Shown in pieces: positions 49,979 to 63,912 of a DNA stretch of 64,000 bases. The notes under the pieces were generated by a model. That model ran no database searches and had not been told where the DNA came from. It saw only the letters and a list, made by a program, of their open reading frames with translations. The stretch is from Octopus vulgaris. Its lineage: Eukaryota. Both the position numbers and the translations under genes were made by a program. Position 1 is the stretch's first letter. Each line of letters starts with the position of its first letter. The stretch lies in the NCBI GenBank assembly GCA_951406725.2, contig OX597822.1:91698001-91762000 (forward strand), written 5' to 3'.

Positions 49979-50312
49979 CGCTCACTCTCTTAACTGTAGG
50001 GAAAAGGAGTGAAGCAATAGACACAGAGAAAGGAAAGCATCTGTCATTTACAATGACAATTAGACTGAAATACGATCGACCTTTTCTAGCTTCTTTACTT
50101 TTAAGAATGAAGAAGAGAGAAAGACACTTAGTAATGTATAGAGGGAAAGTCTTTCAGGTGTTTATATTTTCATTCTGGGAGCTCTAGAAGGATTGAGTGT
50201 CAGTTCTCTCTTCTCCCCCCCCCCCCCGGTAATTATTCACCTTCTTTGATAATTCCTCATGTCTTTTAGTTGGCAGGGAAAGACCATGTCTTTTTCCAGG
50301 CACATTTCTCTC

Positions 50313-50352
<40 letters not shown>

Positions 50353-50356
50353 TATA

Positions 50357-50472
<116 letters not shown>

Positions 50473-50522
50473 ATAGAGAATTAGATACTTAAAATCTGGC
50501 GTGTGATTGAGTGGATTTCATC

Positions 50523-50618
50523 CAGATAGTTTTGGCTGACGAGCTACAAGTGGATTTTTTTGTAAGTAAAATTACATTTAATTCATTAATAGCGAAACAA
50601 TTGTCCCAAAATAATCTG
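50523..50618 (+). ncRNA. Type-I hammerhead ribozyme, canonical core
   Basis: cagatagttttgg-CTGACGA-gcta...tagc-GAAA-caattg-TC-ccaaaataatctg; predicted cleavage after C50605. Confidence 0.85.
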
Positions 50619-50788
50619 TATTTTTGTTATTTTTTATTTGCCCTGTCCGTGTGAGCTAACAATCGTACTGACTTTCATGGGAAACATGTATTTTTGTGGT
50701 TGAAACCTTTTGGATTAACTAGTGCTAGAGTGAGCCATATAGTGACCACTCTCTTATATTTATTATATATATATATATATATATATAC

Positions 50789-50819
<31 letters not shown>

Positions 50820-51122
50820 CATATATATATGACAGGCTTCTTTCAGCTTCCATCTACCAAATCCACTCACAAGGCTATAAAAGAAGACACTCTTTAAAGT
50901 ATAGAGTTGAATTTTGTGTAGCTACCTCTTGGCAATTTTTCTCCCCCACAGATTTTGTAGTGGGGTATTACCCATTTTCTGGGCTCTTTTCACAGCTATA
51001 CCTCGTTTGAAATTTACATTAGTTTTTGTATGAAAAACAAAAAAAGGAAGGGAGGAGAGCTTGTTTGTAGTTTGTAGAGAAAACGTTAAACATGCCTGAA
51101 AAAAAAAAGACATGGCATCACT

Positions 51123-51384
51123 TTATGGATTCCAAAAGGCCAGGAGGAATCTTCTAAAATGCAGACATGTTCCGAAAATTTCTGTCCTAGAGTTCAGGAT
51201 GCTCCCTGTTATGAGAGAGTTTTTTAGGATCCTTGCGCATTCAGCAATGCATAACTTGCAATGTTTCATTCTGTTGATGTTGTTACCATGTGATTGAGTA
51301 TGGTATCCCACCGTCTCTTAATTGCCAGGCGTGGCTGGTCAGTGATGTTACATATGCGTGGTTGAAGCTCGATAGCCAATGGCA
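51123..51384 (-). mobile_element. Penelope-like element GIY-YIG endonuclease C-terminal fragment
   Basis: HWLSSF..TSLTSHAWQLR..IPYSITW, then after a frameshift CKLCIAE..IL..LNSRTEIFGTCLH. Confidence 0.8.
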
Positions 51385-51466
51385 AAGGGAGGTAATCACC
51401 TGTTGTTTACCTTTATAGTGAGGCATTTTCCCCTCCATATTTGAAGAAGTCTTAGGCTAGCATGTT

Positions 51467-51530
51467 TGGGGTCTGAAGATTCGCGGTGAGGACAAACCCC
51501 CTTGTGAATGAGAAACCCAGGGTAACCTCA
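51467..51530 (+). ncRNA. Type-I hammerhead-like motif with extra nucleotides before GAAA
   Basis: tggggt-CTGAAGA-ttcgc...gtgaa-tga-GAAA-cccaggg-TA-acctca. Confidence 0.55.
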
Positions 51531-51585
51531 TAAATCGGCCTTCCTCATTATAATTATATATATATATACTTATACATATATGTAT

Positions 51586-51797
51586 ATATTTATGTGTGTG
51601 TGTTTGTGTCTGTGTTTGTCCCCCCACCACTCTCGCTTGACAACTGATGTTGGTGTGTTTGCGTACCTGCAACTTATCTGTTCAGCAGAAGAGACTTATA
51701 GAATAAGCACCAGGCTTACAGGAAATAGGTCCAGGAGTCAATTGCTCCAGCATGGCTACCGTCAAATGACCGAAACAAGTAAAAAAATAAAAGAATA
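51586..51797 (+). mobile_element. SINE family A, 3' half
   Basis: Matches family A. Confidence 0.75.
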
Positions 51798-51885
51798 CCA
51801 AAAGAACATTCCATACCACTACACCACGAAGGTTCTTTGAATATGTACGATGTATTTTAAGGCTAAATAGTAATTATCTACATTA

Positions 51886-52407
51886 GAATCTGGACAAAAG
51901 CCCCCAAGGACAAAAGCCCCCAAGGACAAAAGCCCCCAAGGACAAAAGCCCCTCAGAAAAAAGCCCTTTAGTTAAAATGTGAAAGTGGACAAAAGCTCCA
52001 TGGTTATATTTTTTGGTTAGTTTTTTCTTTTTTTCTTTTACTGGTTTGTCATTAGGTTGTGGCCATACTGGAGCACCACCTTGAGGAATTTTTAGTTGAA
52101 TGCATTGACCCCAGAATTTTTTTTTATGATTTTCAACCAGCATATGAAGTTAATCCTATAAGGTCTCTCCACACGCTAGAAATAACAGCCTAAAAAAATT
52201 TTTAGTCACAGAAAAATCAGCATTTTAAAATTTAAATTTGAAGTCCTTTGTTTTCTTCTCTTAGCCCTTACAGATTAATGAGAATGAGCCACAGCCTAAT
52301 TAATGACTAAAACAAGTAAAAGGTGAATAAAAAAAAATAACCAAAAATATAACCATGGGGCTTTTGTCCACTTTCACACTTTAACTATGGGGCTTTTGTT
52401 CTACACT
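51886..52407. mobile_element. Foldback-like element with 16-bp tandem subrepeats
   Basis: (GGACAAAAGCCCCCAA) x3.8; 51969-52019 is similar to the reverse complement of 52338-52387. Confidence 0.6.
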
Positions 52408-52914
52408 CGTTTACATTTGCGTAATTGAGATATTTTGGTTGGATTATATAGTTATCGGTTTTACACTTCTTTCTATATTCTGTAACCGTCACAATATAGA
52501 AACATTTCTCATGGCACCAGCACACAATTTACACATGCTTACATTTTTTATGCTTTCCGTGAAGTTTTCAAGAGTCAATCTAGTATATATAAGTATACAA
52601 ATATGTTTTATAAATTAAAATCAAGAATTAAAGAGGAATTTGTGCTGTTTTGATTTTGCTGTTATCTGTCTTTCTTTGTTTTCATTTTCTTCTAAATAAA
52701 ACAGTATTTCCAAGGAGTCTCATCAGAATATGAAGAGTCTCATCAGAAGAAGCTTTAACCACATTTCTGTAAGATGTATATTGTGCAGACTGAGCTTAGA
52801 TGAATTATAACTGTATATAAAGTTTTGGGGGCTGATGGTATAAAACACCTTCAACAATGTTAATTAAATGTAATTCAAATTTTGACAAAAGACCAGCAAT
52901 TTTAAGGAAGTGGG

Positions 52915-53078
52915 TAAGTTGATTATATCGACCCTAGTGCTAAAATTGTACTTATTTTATCAACCCCAAAAGGCGATGTTGACTTAGGCAGAATTTGAAC
53001 TCAGAATGTAAAGAGCCAGAAGAAAGGTTACTAAGCATATTGTATTCTGCACTAACGATTCTGCCAGCTCACCACCTT
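52915..53078 (-). mobile_element. SINE family B, diverged
   Basis: Matches family B. Confidence 0.7.
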
Positions 53079-53795
53079 AATATTAATCGAAATATTTATT
53101 TGAAAAGAAAAAAAGGACAGTATTTGAAGTGAGTGTATGATGTAATACCATATTAGACTGAAACATGACATACAAAAAGGGTCTTAGGTTTATTGAGCAA
53201 AGTTTCAATTATAATAAAACTAGACAACAAAATTTATATAGGACAAAGGAAGCATTCAATAAAAACAGAGTACCATTAGCTGAAAAGTCCCACACCTTTA
53301 GATCTTATATGAAATCAGATTCCAGTAGCATATACAAAAGTAAAAATCTTCACTTCTTACAGCCTTGTCCAGGTTATTTTAGTGTAATAAATAAATAGAA
53401 TAAAATAAGTAGTTTAGAAGAACAACAACAGTAGATATTGGAGTTTGCAATGTTACTTTATGTTAGAGATCATTTGGGGATAGTAGGAGTTTGGCACTCT
53501 GATGGAAGGAGCTAACCAGTAAGTAAAGTTATATTTGACTCTGTATAGTGTTGTAAGGGTTGTTTGAATTTATGAAGGTAAAGTAGAGCAAGTGTGAAGT
53601 GGGTTGGAGAAGGTCATTTGAAATAGTTGGTGTTAATGTAGGACAAGGTGAGTGAGAGAGGTGTATAGATCAGAATGTGCATGATGACAAAGGAACAGCT
53701 GAAAGAGAATGGGTGAGGCATGGCTGTAATAGATGATGGATTACAAGAGCAATTAAACAAGGTAGTCAATGAGTGCAAATACAAACATTAATACT

Positions 53796-54882
53796 CATCA
53801 TCATCGTTTAACGTCCGTTTTCCATGCTAGTATGGGTTGGACAGTTCGACTGGGGTCTGGGAAGCAAGGAGGCTGTACCAGGCTCCAGTCTGATCTGGCA
53901 GTGTTTCTACAGCTGGATGCCCTTCCTAACGCCATCCACTCCATGAGTGTAGTGGGTGCTTTTTACGTGCCATTGGCACAGGTGTCAGGGGAGGCTGGCA
54001 ATGGCCATGATCGATTGGTGCTTTTTACATGCCACCAGCACAGAAGCCAGTCAAGGCGGCGCTGGCATCGGCCACATTTGGATGGTACTTTTTACATGTC
54101 ACCAGCATGGGCATCACAACTACAATTCACATTTGATTTTTATTTTGATGTTGATGTACTTGACACAATAGGTTTCCTCAAGCACATCAGGTTGCCCTAT
54201 GATCCAAGGTATGCACAGTAGGCTGTCCTGTAATCCAAGGTACTTTGGATGGCTGCTATGTGAAGCTGGTGCAGGAAACAGCCATGAAAGCATGTTATTT
54301 GTTGGGTCTTCGCAGTCACAGCATATCTCCAGAGATCTCGGTCTTTCGTCATTGCCTCTGTGAAGCCCAATGTTCGAAGGTCATGCTTGACCACCTCATC
54401 CCATGTCTTCCTGGGTGTACCTCTACCCCGGATTCCTTCAACTGTTTGGGAGTGGCACTTCTTCACACACCTCTCCTCATCTATCCGTAGTACATGACCA
54501 TACCAGCGCAAACGTCTCTCTTGCACGCCACATCTGATGCTTCTTATGTCCAGCATTTCTCTCAGGGCGCTTACACTCTGTCGTATGTGCACACTGACAT
54601 TACACATCCAGCAGATCATGCTAGCTTCATTTCTTTCAAGCCTACGCATGTCCTCTGCAGTCACAGCCCATGTTTCACTACCGTGAAGCAGGGCAGTTTG
54701 CACACATGCGTCGTATAATCTAACTTTCACACTGAGAGAGAGACCCTTTGTCACCAGTAGAGGTAGAAGCTTTCTAAACTTTGTCCAGGCTATTCGTATT
54801 CTAGTGGTGACACCCTCTGAGCATCCACCTCCACTACTAACATGGTCACCTAGGTAGCGGAAACTATCAACTACTTCTAGTT
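53796..54882 (-). mobile_element. 5'-truncated RTE LINE, relatively well preserved
   Basis: LEVVDSFRYLG, LHGSETW, ERRLRWYGHV, GRGTPRKTW in ORF 54197-54946; 3' UTR and (GAT)n tail. Confidence 0.92.
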
Positions 54883-55496
54883 GAAGACATACTGGACCAG
54901 GATTAATGGAAGGATTGGCAGAGGTGAAATAGTCCAGCAGATTCAATGTGAACCTTCATATTATGAATACTTGATAATTGCACCTGTATTCAGTTGCACT
55001 TATCTTATTGTGTTATTGAACAAAGCAGTTGGCTTTATTTACTTTAGAGAATATCTAATTGGTGGTATGTACAAGTAACTGAAATAACAGGACAGCCAAT
55101 CTATGTGGTTGTTAGCTTTCATGTGGTTGCTAGTACTGTCTTGTGTTTGTGGACCAACCATACCTCTGGTCCACTCCCAATGGATAAATGTTACTAAGTA
55201 GCACAACCCAGTGTTGTAAGCAGTGGTACTATAAAATTGTCAAGTGTCTAACATGCAGTGTCAAGTTCAACTTCTACTTAGGGAATGATGGACTCTCCCA
55301 AGGTGACATGTCCTGGACACATATATGTATAATGATAAATTGTTCAACAGTGGTGTCCCTAACACCCAATCAGTGACAGAGCTCAACACCATCACCTATC
55401 AGGAAAATTTTTTCCAATACATCTTTTAGATTACTCTGAAACAAACTAGCAATATACTCCAGGTGATACTTTTCCTTTATTGTTTCTCATGAATTA

Positions 55497-56626
55497 CAGG
55501 TCGTTGTTGACTTAAGACCACCATTGGTTCTGACTGACAGGTAGTAAGTCAATTTAGTTATAAGTTGGCCTAAAGGCCTACATAGCTTTGCTTTATATTT
55601 TTACATTCTTAAGGTAAATTCTCAGGTAAAAGTCACACACAGCATTCTGTATTATACTACCAGAGTGTTATTTGTTCAAAGGAAAGTACCAAAGAATGCA
55701 AATACAAGAAATGCACAACATAGTTTAAGAAACACTTGCAAACCTTACATAAAAATTTATTGTAGACTGGTGCTTGGCTGTGGATCTTCGATGTTGTTTG
55801 CTGAGGTAACAGTTGTAGTAGCTGGAGTTGGTTTTTTGATAAACATGGTAAGCTTTGTCTGAATTGTTTGTTTCTTTTTCTCTTCATAAATTTTATGATA
55901 TGGACAAAACACATTGTGTGCCATCCATTCAATCGTTCAATGATTGGGTCCATTGCTTCAAAGTGTGCAAGAGGTTTATTCAGTTGAAATAAACCTTCTG
56001 ATAATCCTCTTGTAGTGTAACTCCTTTCGTAGCAATTTTTCCATTTCAAGGATGGGCCCAGTCCACTGCTTTGTTATAACTGTAGACTGCATGGATGCTG
56101 AACTTTTCACAGCTTCACAAAGCCTTTCTTTATCCTTCAAAATTGTTGAAACAGTAGAGTGTGATAACTTCACTTCATGTGCAATCTCATTCACTTTCTT
56201 TTCTCACTCATACTATCTAATCACCATCATTTTTGTGTTGAGATCAATGGCTGTTCTTTACTTCTTGGCAGTTTGAGGAGCAAATGAAGACAACTTCCTC
56301 TTTGCAGACATTTTAGGGGATATTTTTTTTTAAATATGAAAGACAAGACACACAGAGTCACTGGAAAAGTTGTGCTCTACAGAGCCTGGTATTGGTCAAA
56401 CATTTCGGAGTCTCAAGCAGTCATCTTATAAGCAAATACAAGGTTGGCTCAATATCTTCACGATGGGATATTCATCCAACACTTGAGATAACAGGTTAAT
56501 TTCTAAGAAATTAAACCCATTAGATTTCAACCGGACTATTTATTATTACTGCCAGAAGCTGGTGTGTCAATCATCGTAAAGTCGACTGGTTGTAAGTTGG
56601 ACAGGTTTTAAGTTGATGATGACCTG
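55497..56626 (-). mobile_element. Tigger/pogo-like element, internally deleted
   Basis: TIR CAGGTCRTYRTYRACTTAA with TA flanks; HTH remnant IAHEVKLSHSTVSTILKDKER. Confidence 0.85.
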
Positions 56627-58616
56627 TATAATGATTAAGTTTATAAAGTGTCAACCAGTCAGCTGATGAGCTATGAACGGTATCTCGTCAAGGATATTGC
56701 ACTTGATGTATTTATTTTGATAAATGCAACTTATATTTTTCTTGACTTTCTCAAGAAAATAGCAGTCTAATGACTGTACATGGTAGACAAGCAATCAGTT
56801 AGATAACCAACAACTAGAATATAGCTGCTGGTGTCAAAATATAACAACGTAATTGCTAACACATAATCATTTAATTTTGCATACACTCAAGTAATTTCTT
56901 CAGCATAAACATTACAGATTGAGATGACTCCTGGGAACCAAGTCTACTTATAATCCCTGGATGAAGCTACTTCATGTTTTATAAATTGCTAATGACTTCT
57001 ATATAAAGTTCTGATAAAATTGTTTTGATTATAAATATGACAGCAATTGGCTGGTCAGTTGAGTCAGAAGAGTATATTTTGAACCAGGTTGAAATTATTT
57101 TAAATAACTGCCTCTGTTTAGGATTATTTATAAGATTTCCAATTCTTTTACTACACTTCTAAAGAAGCTAGTATTAAATTTACAAAATACCTTTCAAATC
57201 TATAACTTTAAACTGCAATCTAGATATATAATCCACATGCTACAGCTCACTTTGCTGTAGGGAATGTGTCAGATGTTCTCAGAATTTTAGTTAGTATTGG
57301 CCAATATAAGAGGCATTTTGATCTTCATCCACTTATTACCATTAAAATGAGACCTAATGGTGATAGACATAATCCATCACTCAGTTTAACACCCCTACCT
57401 GGTTCTTGGGTGCTTTAGTGAGGTCCACTTGTAAACATTCAGATCAGATCCCTGATTTGAGGGTAAATTCCCCTCTTCCTCCCAGAAGCCCTGAAAAAGG
57501 TCTTGAATGCTGCCTTTCTTCCTCTGATTAAGCAATTAAGAGCTAAGCACCTGCTTAACTTTTGATATTTTATTGGCAATAATAATTCTAACAGTTGTTA
57601 ATTTAGTCAACTTCAATAGGTAAGTAAAATTGTGGAGCCAACTGTCACAACAATGTAGACATAATTAAAACAGGTGCAAAATCATAAGGTAACTAGAATA
57701 TACTATACAGCTTATGCAAAACATTAAGATTATATGCAACAAAATCAATAATGCAAAATGGTAATGTGGTGTGTAATGTACTCAGCAAGGTAAGTGGTAC
57801 CTACAGTTACAAGTGGTGTATTATGTAGATACTAAAATAGAGATTTTGCTGAACATTATATATAATAGGTTAAACTTCAACATTGTGGTTTAGCCCCCAG
57901 TTCAGCTCTGTTCAAACAGACTTATGATCAAAGGCTTTCTGTTCTTTTCTACCACTTCTTTGCAAGAACAGTGAATCTGAGACACCATTATTCAATGTAT
58001 TTTTTTATGTTAAGGCAGTAGTGCATAAGTTAAGAGAAATTTGACTGCTATTTCAAGCCAATCATATGGTCACTTTGTGACTTCCACTTTGGTTCATCTT
58101 GAAAATTGTTTCCTGAAGCATATGCTATAGGCTTAAATGACACAGTAAAATAGTTATAAATAGTGAAGAAGTGTCAGAGTAAAGAATCTAAATATATGAC
58201 CTATGTAGAATAATAGACTCAAGATAATTAATGTTTAATTAATAATAAAGGAAAGAGATTCAACAAAACAAATACTGCTGTCAAAGTCTACAAACTTAAC
58301 CTAAATATTATATCTACTTCCTTATCAATTTTGATAAAATTTAGCTATTTAATAACATTTCTGCTTAATCCTCCTTTGCCATTATCACCAACAAAATAAC
58401 TATAGTAATAATGAGTCAACAAGGTGGACTATGTAGTCACTTAAAATATCAGTCAATTCTCCCTCAAATTATACACAGCTATCTCTAAAAAGTGGGGGAC
58501 ACTGTGGACAATGAGGTTCCAAATAGACAAAAAGACAAGCATGTCTTTTATTGTATATCTTCTCAGTCAGGGCTGATTTTGTGTAAACTAGAACAATAAT
58601 AACTCACTTTCATTTA

Positions 58617-59790
58617 CATCATCATCATCGTTTAATGCCCGCTTTCCATGCTAGCATGGGTTGGACAATTTAACTGAGGACTGGCGAACCAGATGGCTGC
58701 ACCAGACTCCAGTCTGATCTGTCAGAGTTTCTACAGCTGGATGCCCTTCCTAACACCAACCACTCTGAGAGTGTAGTGGGTGCTTTTATATGCCACTGGC
58801 TCGAGGGCTTTTTATGTGCCACCTGCACAGGAGCCAGTCCAGCGGCACTGGCAACATTATTTTGGGTCGTGAGGGGACTTTGCACCATCCACAGATCTGG
58901 TCAGTAACTCTCAGCAGGTTGTCCCATAGAAACCTCCAGTTGTCTTCTACACCATGTGAAAGCTATATCCCCTTCTTTTTCGTCAAAGGCTTCGAGTAAT
59001 ATGTCTCTAAATCTCTATCCATTTGCAGGATCTTTAAATTTCCAGACCCTTCTCCTCCATGCTGGTCATCTTCTGGGCGTCCACTTAGCCCTGATCCTAA
59101 AGTCACTAACTACCAGTCTATGTTGTGGGGTACATTCTTCACCTGGGAAAGTTTTGGCAGATTTCCTGAAGTTAGTATTGCAAACCATAAGATCATTTGC
59201 ATTGCAGAACTCCAGCAGCCTGGTTCCCTCCTTATTGCGGGAACCTTAACCATAGCCTCCATGTACACCATGGAAGCCCCCTATATGTTGTCCAACATGT
59301 CCATTGAAGTCACCAGCCAAAAAGAGAAGGTCCCTGTCATTTGTCAACAAGGTAGTCTGCAAGAGGGTGTCATAGAATCAGTCTTTCTGTCCAACGGGTA
59401 GCCCCAGTTGAGGGGCATAGGCCAATATAGTGTTTGCTAACCCATGATGAAGCACTAATCTAATCGTAAGTATTCTGTTGCATACTCTGACTACCTCGAT
59501 TACCTTATCTACCCATTTTTCCACAAGAAGTATACCCACGCCCCCAACCCCGTCAGTGTTCCCTGCCCAGAAAATCTCGTACCTGTGTTTTTTGCCTGTG
59601 AGGAACCTAGCAGAACCACTTCTCCACCTTACTTCTTGGATGCAGCACATATTGATACATCTCCATTCAAGCATCTCAACAATCTCACTAGACCTACCTT
59701 TCAGTGTGCCAACGTTGACAGTGCCAACCCTGAGGGTGTGGGAGGTATGGGCCCGTGAGACCCTGGGACGGGGGACAGTAGCTTCATGTA
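58617..59790 (-). mobile_element. RTE deletion derivative: APE domain joined directly to the 3' UTR
   Basis: CCIQEVRW, GVGGVGIL, AYAPQ, GDFNGHVG, QHRLVV motifs, then RTE 3' end. Confidence 0.85.
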
Positions 59791-59836
59791 CCTAAAAATA
59801 CCAGTCAAATCAATATATATATAAATAAACTATCAA

Positions 59837-59945
59837 TGTCCCAGGTGAGGTTTGAACTCACAACCTCCGCATTCCTCATCTGTGACTCACACAGCCAAGG
59901 TACTATCTATAAGTACGGTGCGCTAACCGATTGTGCCACCGAAAC
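59837..59945 (-). tRNA. tRNA-Ile(UAU) with 35-nt intron (59873-59907); possibly a pseudogene
   Basis: GTTTCGGTGGCACAATCGGTTAGCGCACCGTACTTATA-[intron]-ATGCGGAGGTTGTGAGTTCAAACCTCACCTGGGACA; 3 G-U pairs in acceptor stem, one D-stem mismatch. Confidence 0.8.
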
Positions 59946-61998
59946 ATTTAATTAAAACAAGTTTGCTAACCATACGCAGTTATTCTGACAAAGTAGTCTG
60001 ATGGTAAAAATAAAATATAAAGTTGTGTTGTGTTTGGCAAAAGTTACAGGATGTAAATACAGTGCAGAATGCACAATCCATTGAAAAGCAGCTCATCAAC
60101 ATCATCATTTTAACATCCACTTTTTCATGCTTGTCTAGATTCAACAGAATTTTGCTGAGGTGGATTTCCTACAGCTGGATGTCCTTCTGGTCACCAACTC
60201 TCACCTGTTCCCAAATAAGGTAATATTTCCCTATTACCAGACATGTTTTCAAGTCAGGAACAAAGGATACTACTTGCATGATGGTGACTCTTGTTTTGCA
60301 ACTATCACATGATGTCAAAGCAAGGAGACATAAGAATTTTAAAAACTTTTGTAGCGTACACTCTACTGAAATTCTTCTCCCCTTTATTATATATACGGGC
60401 ATTTGAACATAGCAGATAACAGCTAACCTTTGGCAGCTATTTGGACCCCATTGTGTCAACTACTCTGATTAGTTGGTATTGGCACAGTTTGTTTCTTACT
60501 CTATTGTGCAAATATGCAGCATATAACCAATTGAAGCTCTAAATAAGATCATGTGAGACAGCCTGTTCTTAACTCAGTTTGAGCCTACAGCTCCTTATAA
60601 AAAACCCAGCTACTCCTCATCTCAAGGTCTTTGGTTCCAGACCTTTTAGGGTCCAGTCACTGACCACACAAGATACAGCCAGTTCCAGTGACAATGCCAA
60701 CAACATTACAGCAACTTCTGTCTTCGTTGCCACCATCATCTTATTAACATCCTCTATGTACAAGCAACACTGCACAGGTTCCAACATAGCACTGTTTGTA
60801 AGTTACTTCACCATGGTTAACAGTGAATATACAGCCTGAAAGAACTACTATATACAAGTGACCCAGGCCACAGAATTAGAGCCACAACTTCATACAACAC
60901 ATACCTCACTGACTCTGCATCATCGCCATAACTTCTTGATACAGTATTTCAACAACTGTGTACAACTGATGACAAACTGATATTTCTCATTCTTGTGTCT
61001 ATGAATATTCGTCTAACTTCTCATTATAGACTCTTTCATTTTCACCTTCATTGTTATTCTTATATGTAGCTCATGCATACATCCATGTCTATACACACAC
61101 ACACTTTTTTCTCACGACGACCTGTCAATTATTTTGTATCCATGATGCACACATGGACACACATGTTAACCTATCAATAAATCTTCTCTCGAACATTCTA
61201 CTCAGTTGTGTCTCTCTCTTTCCCTCACTGGCACACTATATATATTCCAGCCTTCTGAATGGGGTTGTTATTAGATGGTTTCACCATGCTTCCACGACCA
61301 GCTATACTTTCAAGAGAAGGTGAAATAATTCTTTTTTGGAACAGTGGTTCATGAAGCAAATTAAGCTATAAATAATAACTATCAACTTTCTTTATCCAAA
61401 AGTGTTTCTCAACCCAAAATTTTACAAGCTAATATTTCATAGCTTTATATGCTTTGAGATCTACTGTTTCCAAATACACACACAAACACATTTTCTCTCC
61501 ACCAAATCCACACACAAAGATTTGATCACCATAGGGCTATAACAGAAGATACTTGTTAGACAGTGGGATTGAACCTGGAATCATGTGGTTGGAATGCAAA
61601 CTTCTTACAACATAGCCATTCTTATGCCTCATGAAAAATCAGTTTCATATAATTCTATATTATAAAGAAACTTTTTCTATTTCTGATTCTGTAACATATG
61701 TGTACTGTTAAAATTTGGTAAAATAATTTCAATACTAGTGATAACATTCTCTTTTTTGTATAAAATTAATTTTTCTCTAGTGTAAGGATATCTTTTTAAC
61801 TCTTGTAGAAACCACACAAATTCACAAATTTTGTATTTTTTTTATTAGATTACTATCTAGTGATTTGTTCAAATCTCATTACAGTTATTATATTGGGTCT
61901 CAATAAAAGGGTAAAAGGGACAGAACCACTTAACTTCAGTCTACCTTGTTGAAAACATGTAGTATTTCTTTACATCCAAATATCTGGTAGCAGTGGTA

Positions 61999-62377
61999 TA
62001 CTCTTTTACTTGTTTCAGTCATTTGACTGCAGCCATGCTGGAGCACCACCTTTAGTCAAGCAAATTGACCCCGGGACTTATTCTTTGTAAGCCCAGTACT
62101 TATTCTATCGGTGTCTTTGGCCGAACCGCTAAGTGACGGCGACGTAAACACACCAGCATCGGTTGTCAAGCAATGCTAGGGGGACAAACACACAAACACA
62201 CATATATATATACATATATACGACGGGCTTCTTTCAGTGTCCGTCTACCAAATCCACTCACAAGGCTTTGGTCGGCCCGAGGCTATAGTAGAAGACACTC
62301 GCCCAATATGCCACGCAGTGAGACTGAACCCGGAACCATGTGGTTGGTAAGCAAGCTACTTACCACACAGCCACTCC
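61999..62377 (-). mobile_element. SINE family A
   Basis: Matches family A. Confidence 0.9.
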
Positions 62378-62560
62378 AAATATTGAAAGAAGTCATCAAA
62401 TATTGAAAGCCTAAATGTCGTAACACTAAAACTGGTCTTGCAGTGTTCATTCGATTATGTTTTCTTGTCATAAGACATAAATTATTTGATCTGTTTTGTT
62501 TATTATATAGAGCAATGCTATTTAATGTTTTGGCTGCAACATTTTATGCCAATGTATCCT

Positions 62561-62946
62561 CTGTCTGAAAAGTCTGGCTGCATACACGTTAGCATACGTC
62601 AGGCACATACAATTGACAACACAGTTAATTAAGATTTATTCAGTGAGTTCTATTCAACACATGTTTACACGTGGAATTATCAGAATCATTATTAACTTTA
62701 GATGGCTCGCAGGCGAGGTGAACAAATTAGTGAGAGAGATAGATAGAATGGCAATACTTCTACGCTACCAGCAGTCTTGGGAAGAGCTGTCTGAGCGGAA
62801 AATTCGTGGATGTATTCAACATCAAACTCGTGTTCAGCGTCAAATAGTTGACTGTCATGGTGGTAACAGATTCGTGTAATAAATTTTGTGTTTTTTTTTG
62901 TTTCATGATATATATTTTTTCGGATGCAGCCAGACTTTTCACACAG
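62561..62946 (+). mobile_element. Tc1-like deletion derivative (MITE)
   Basis: 23-bp TIRs CTGT(C/G)TGAAAAGTCTGGCTGCAT; C-terminal remnant WEELSERKIRGCI..IVDCHGGNRF. Confidence 0.75.
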
Positions 62947-63912
62947 TATCTTTTTCAGTATCTTTTGTTCCTCAAATATTCTGAACAAAATAAAAGTTTT
63001 ATCAAAAAGAAAAGATCAGTCATTACAATAATCACATAAATAAATCATATTTTTGCAGCATCCTTTCATCACTGACTTATTTCAAACTATTTTGGATAAA
63101 AAAAAATTACATCATGAATAATTTTATACAATGAAAAATAGAACACCTTATTCTATAAGTCGTAAAACCTCACTAGTTCATCAGGGTTTATTTTATCTTT
63201 TGCCCCTTGAAGAAGATAAAATAAGTGCTAGCAGTATATTGGAGTTGATTCAGTCACCTATTCTTTTATTCAACCATTTGTATGAAATTAAAAATTCATT
63301 CCTATTAAACATACATTTAAAAGTTCATACTGTGCTCTAAGTACTATTGAATTGAATCTCAAAGCAAAATAACCCCAGTTTATCCAAGAAAACAGATTCT
63401 ATTTTCATGGTGGAGTAGTTAGCAGTAGGCTGGGCATCAACCCATTATAAGATTGATAAAAAAAAATATGTAGTATGAAAATGTGCTGATTTGCATGTGT
63501 TGAGGGGTGGATATAAATTAAAAACTTTATCCACACTGACATAGAAAATGGATAAAAAACAACTGTAACTATAAATTTTGAATACAACGTTTTGTAACTT
63601 CTTGATCTATATCAATAATGATTTGTAATATTGGTATTTTCAGGGAAAGGATAGATTTAACTGAATTGACTCCTGCACATAACTTTTGGATTAAGAAAGA
63701 CAAAGGCAACAATAACAACATTTGATGTAACTAAATATGGAAATGATAAATGTTTCAACATAATTCATAGGGTAGCATATGTACATGACTGAATCATGTA
63801 TGAACATAGAGGTTTAACCAGAGATCATGTGGTTAAACTTCTAAGTTAGTAAGAAAGTAATCAATAATATATTCAGTTGAACTAGCCTACCTCTTCATAT
63901 CGTGTAGTTTTT

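Noticed and set aside
51892-51952. 16-bp direct repeats as a CRISPR array
   Set aside because: No spacers, eukaryotic context, part of a foldback element
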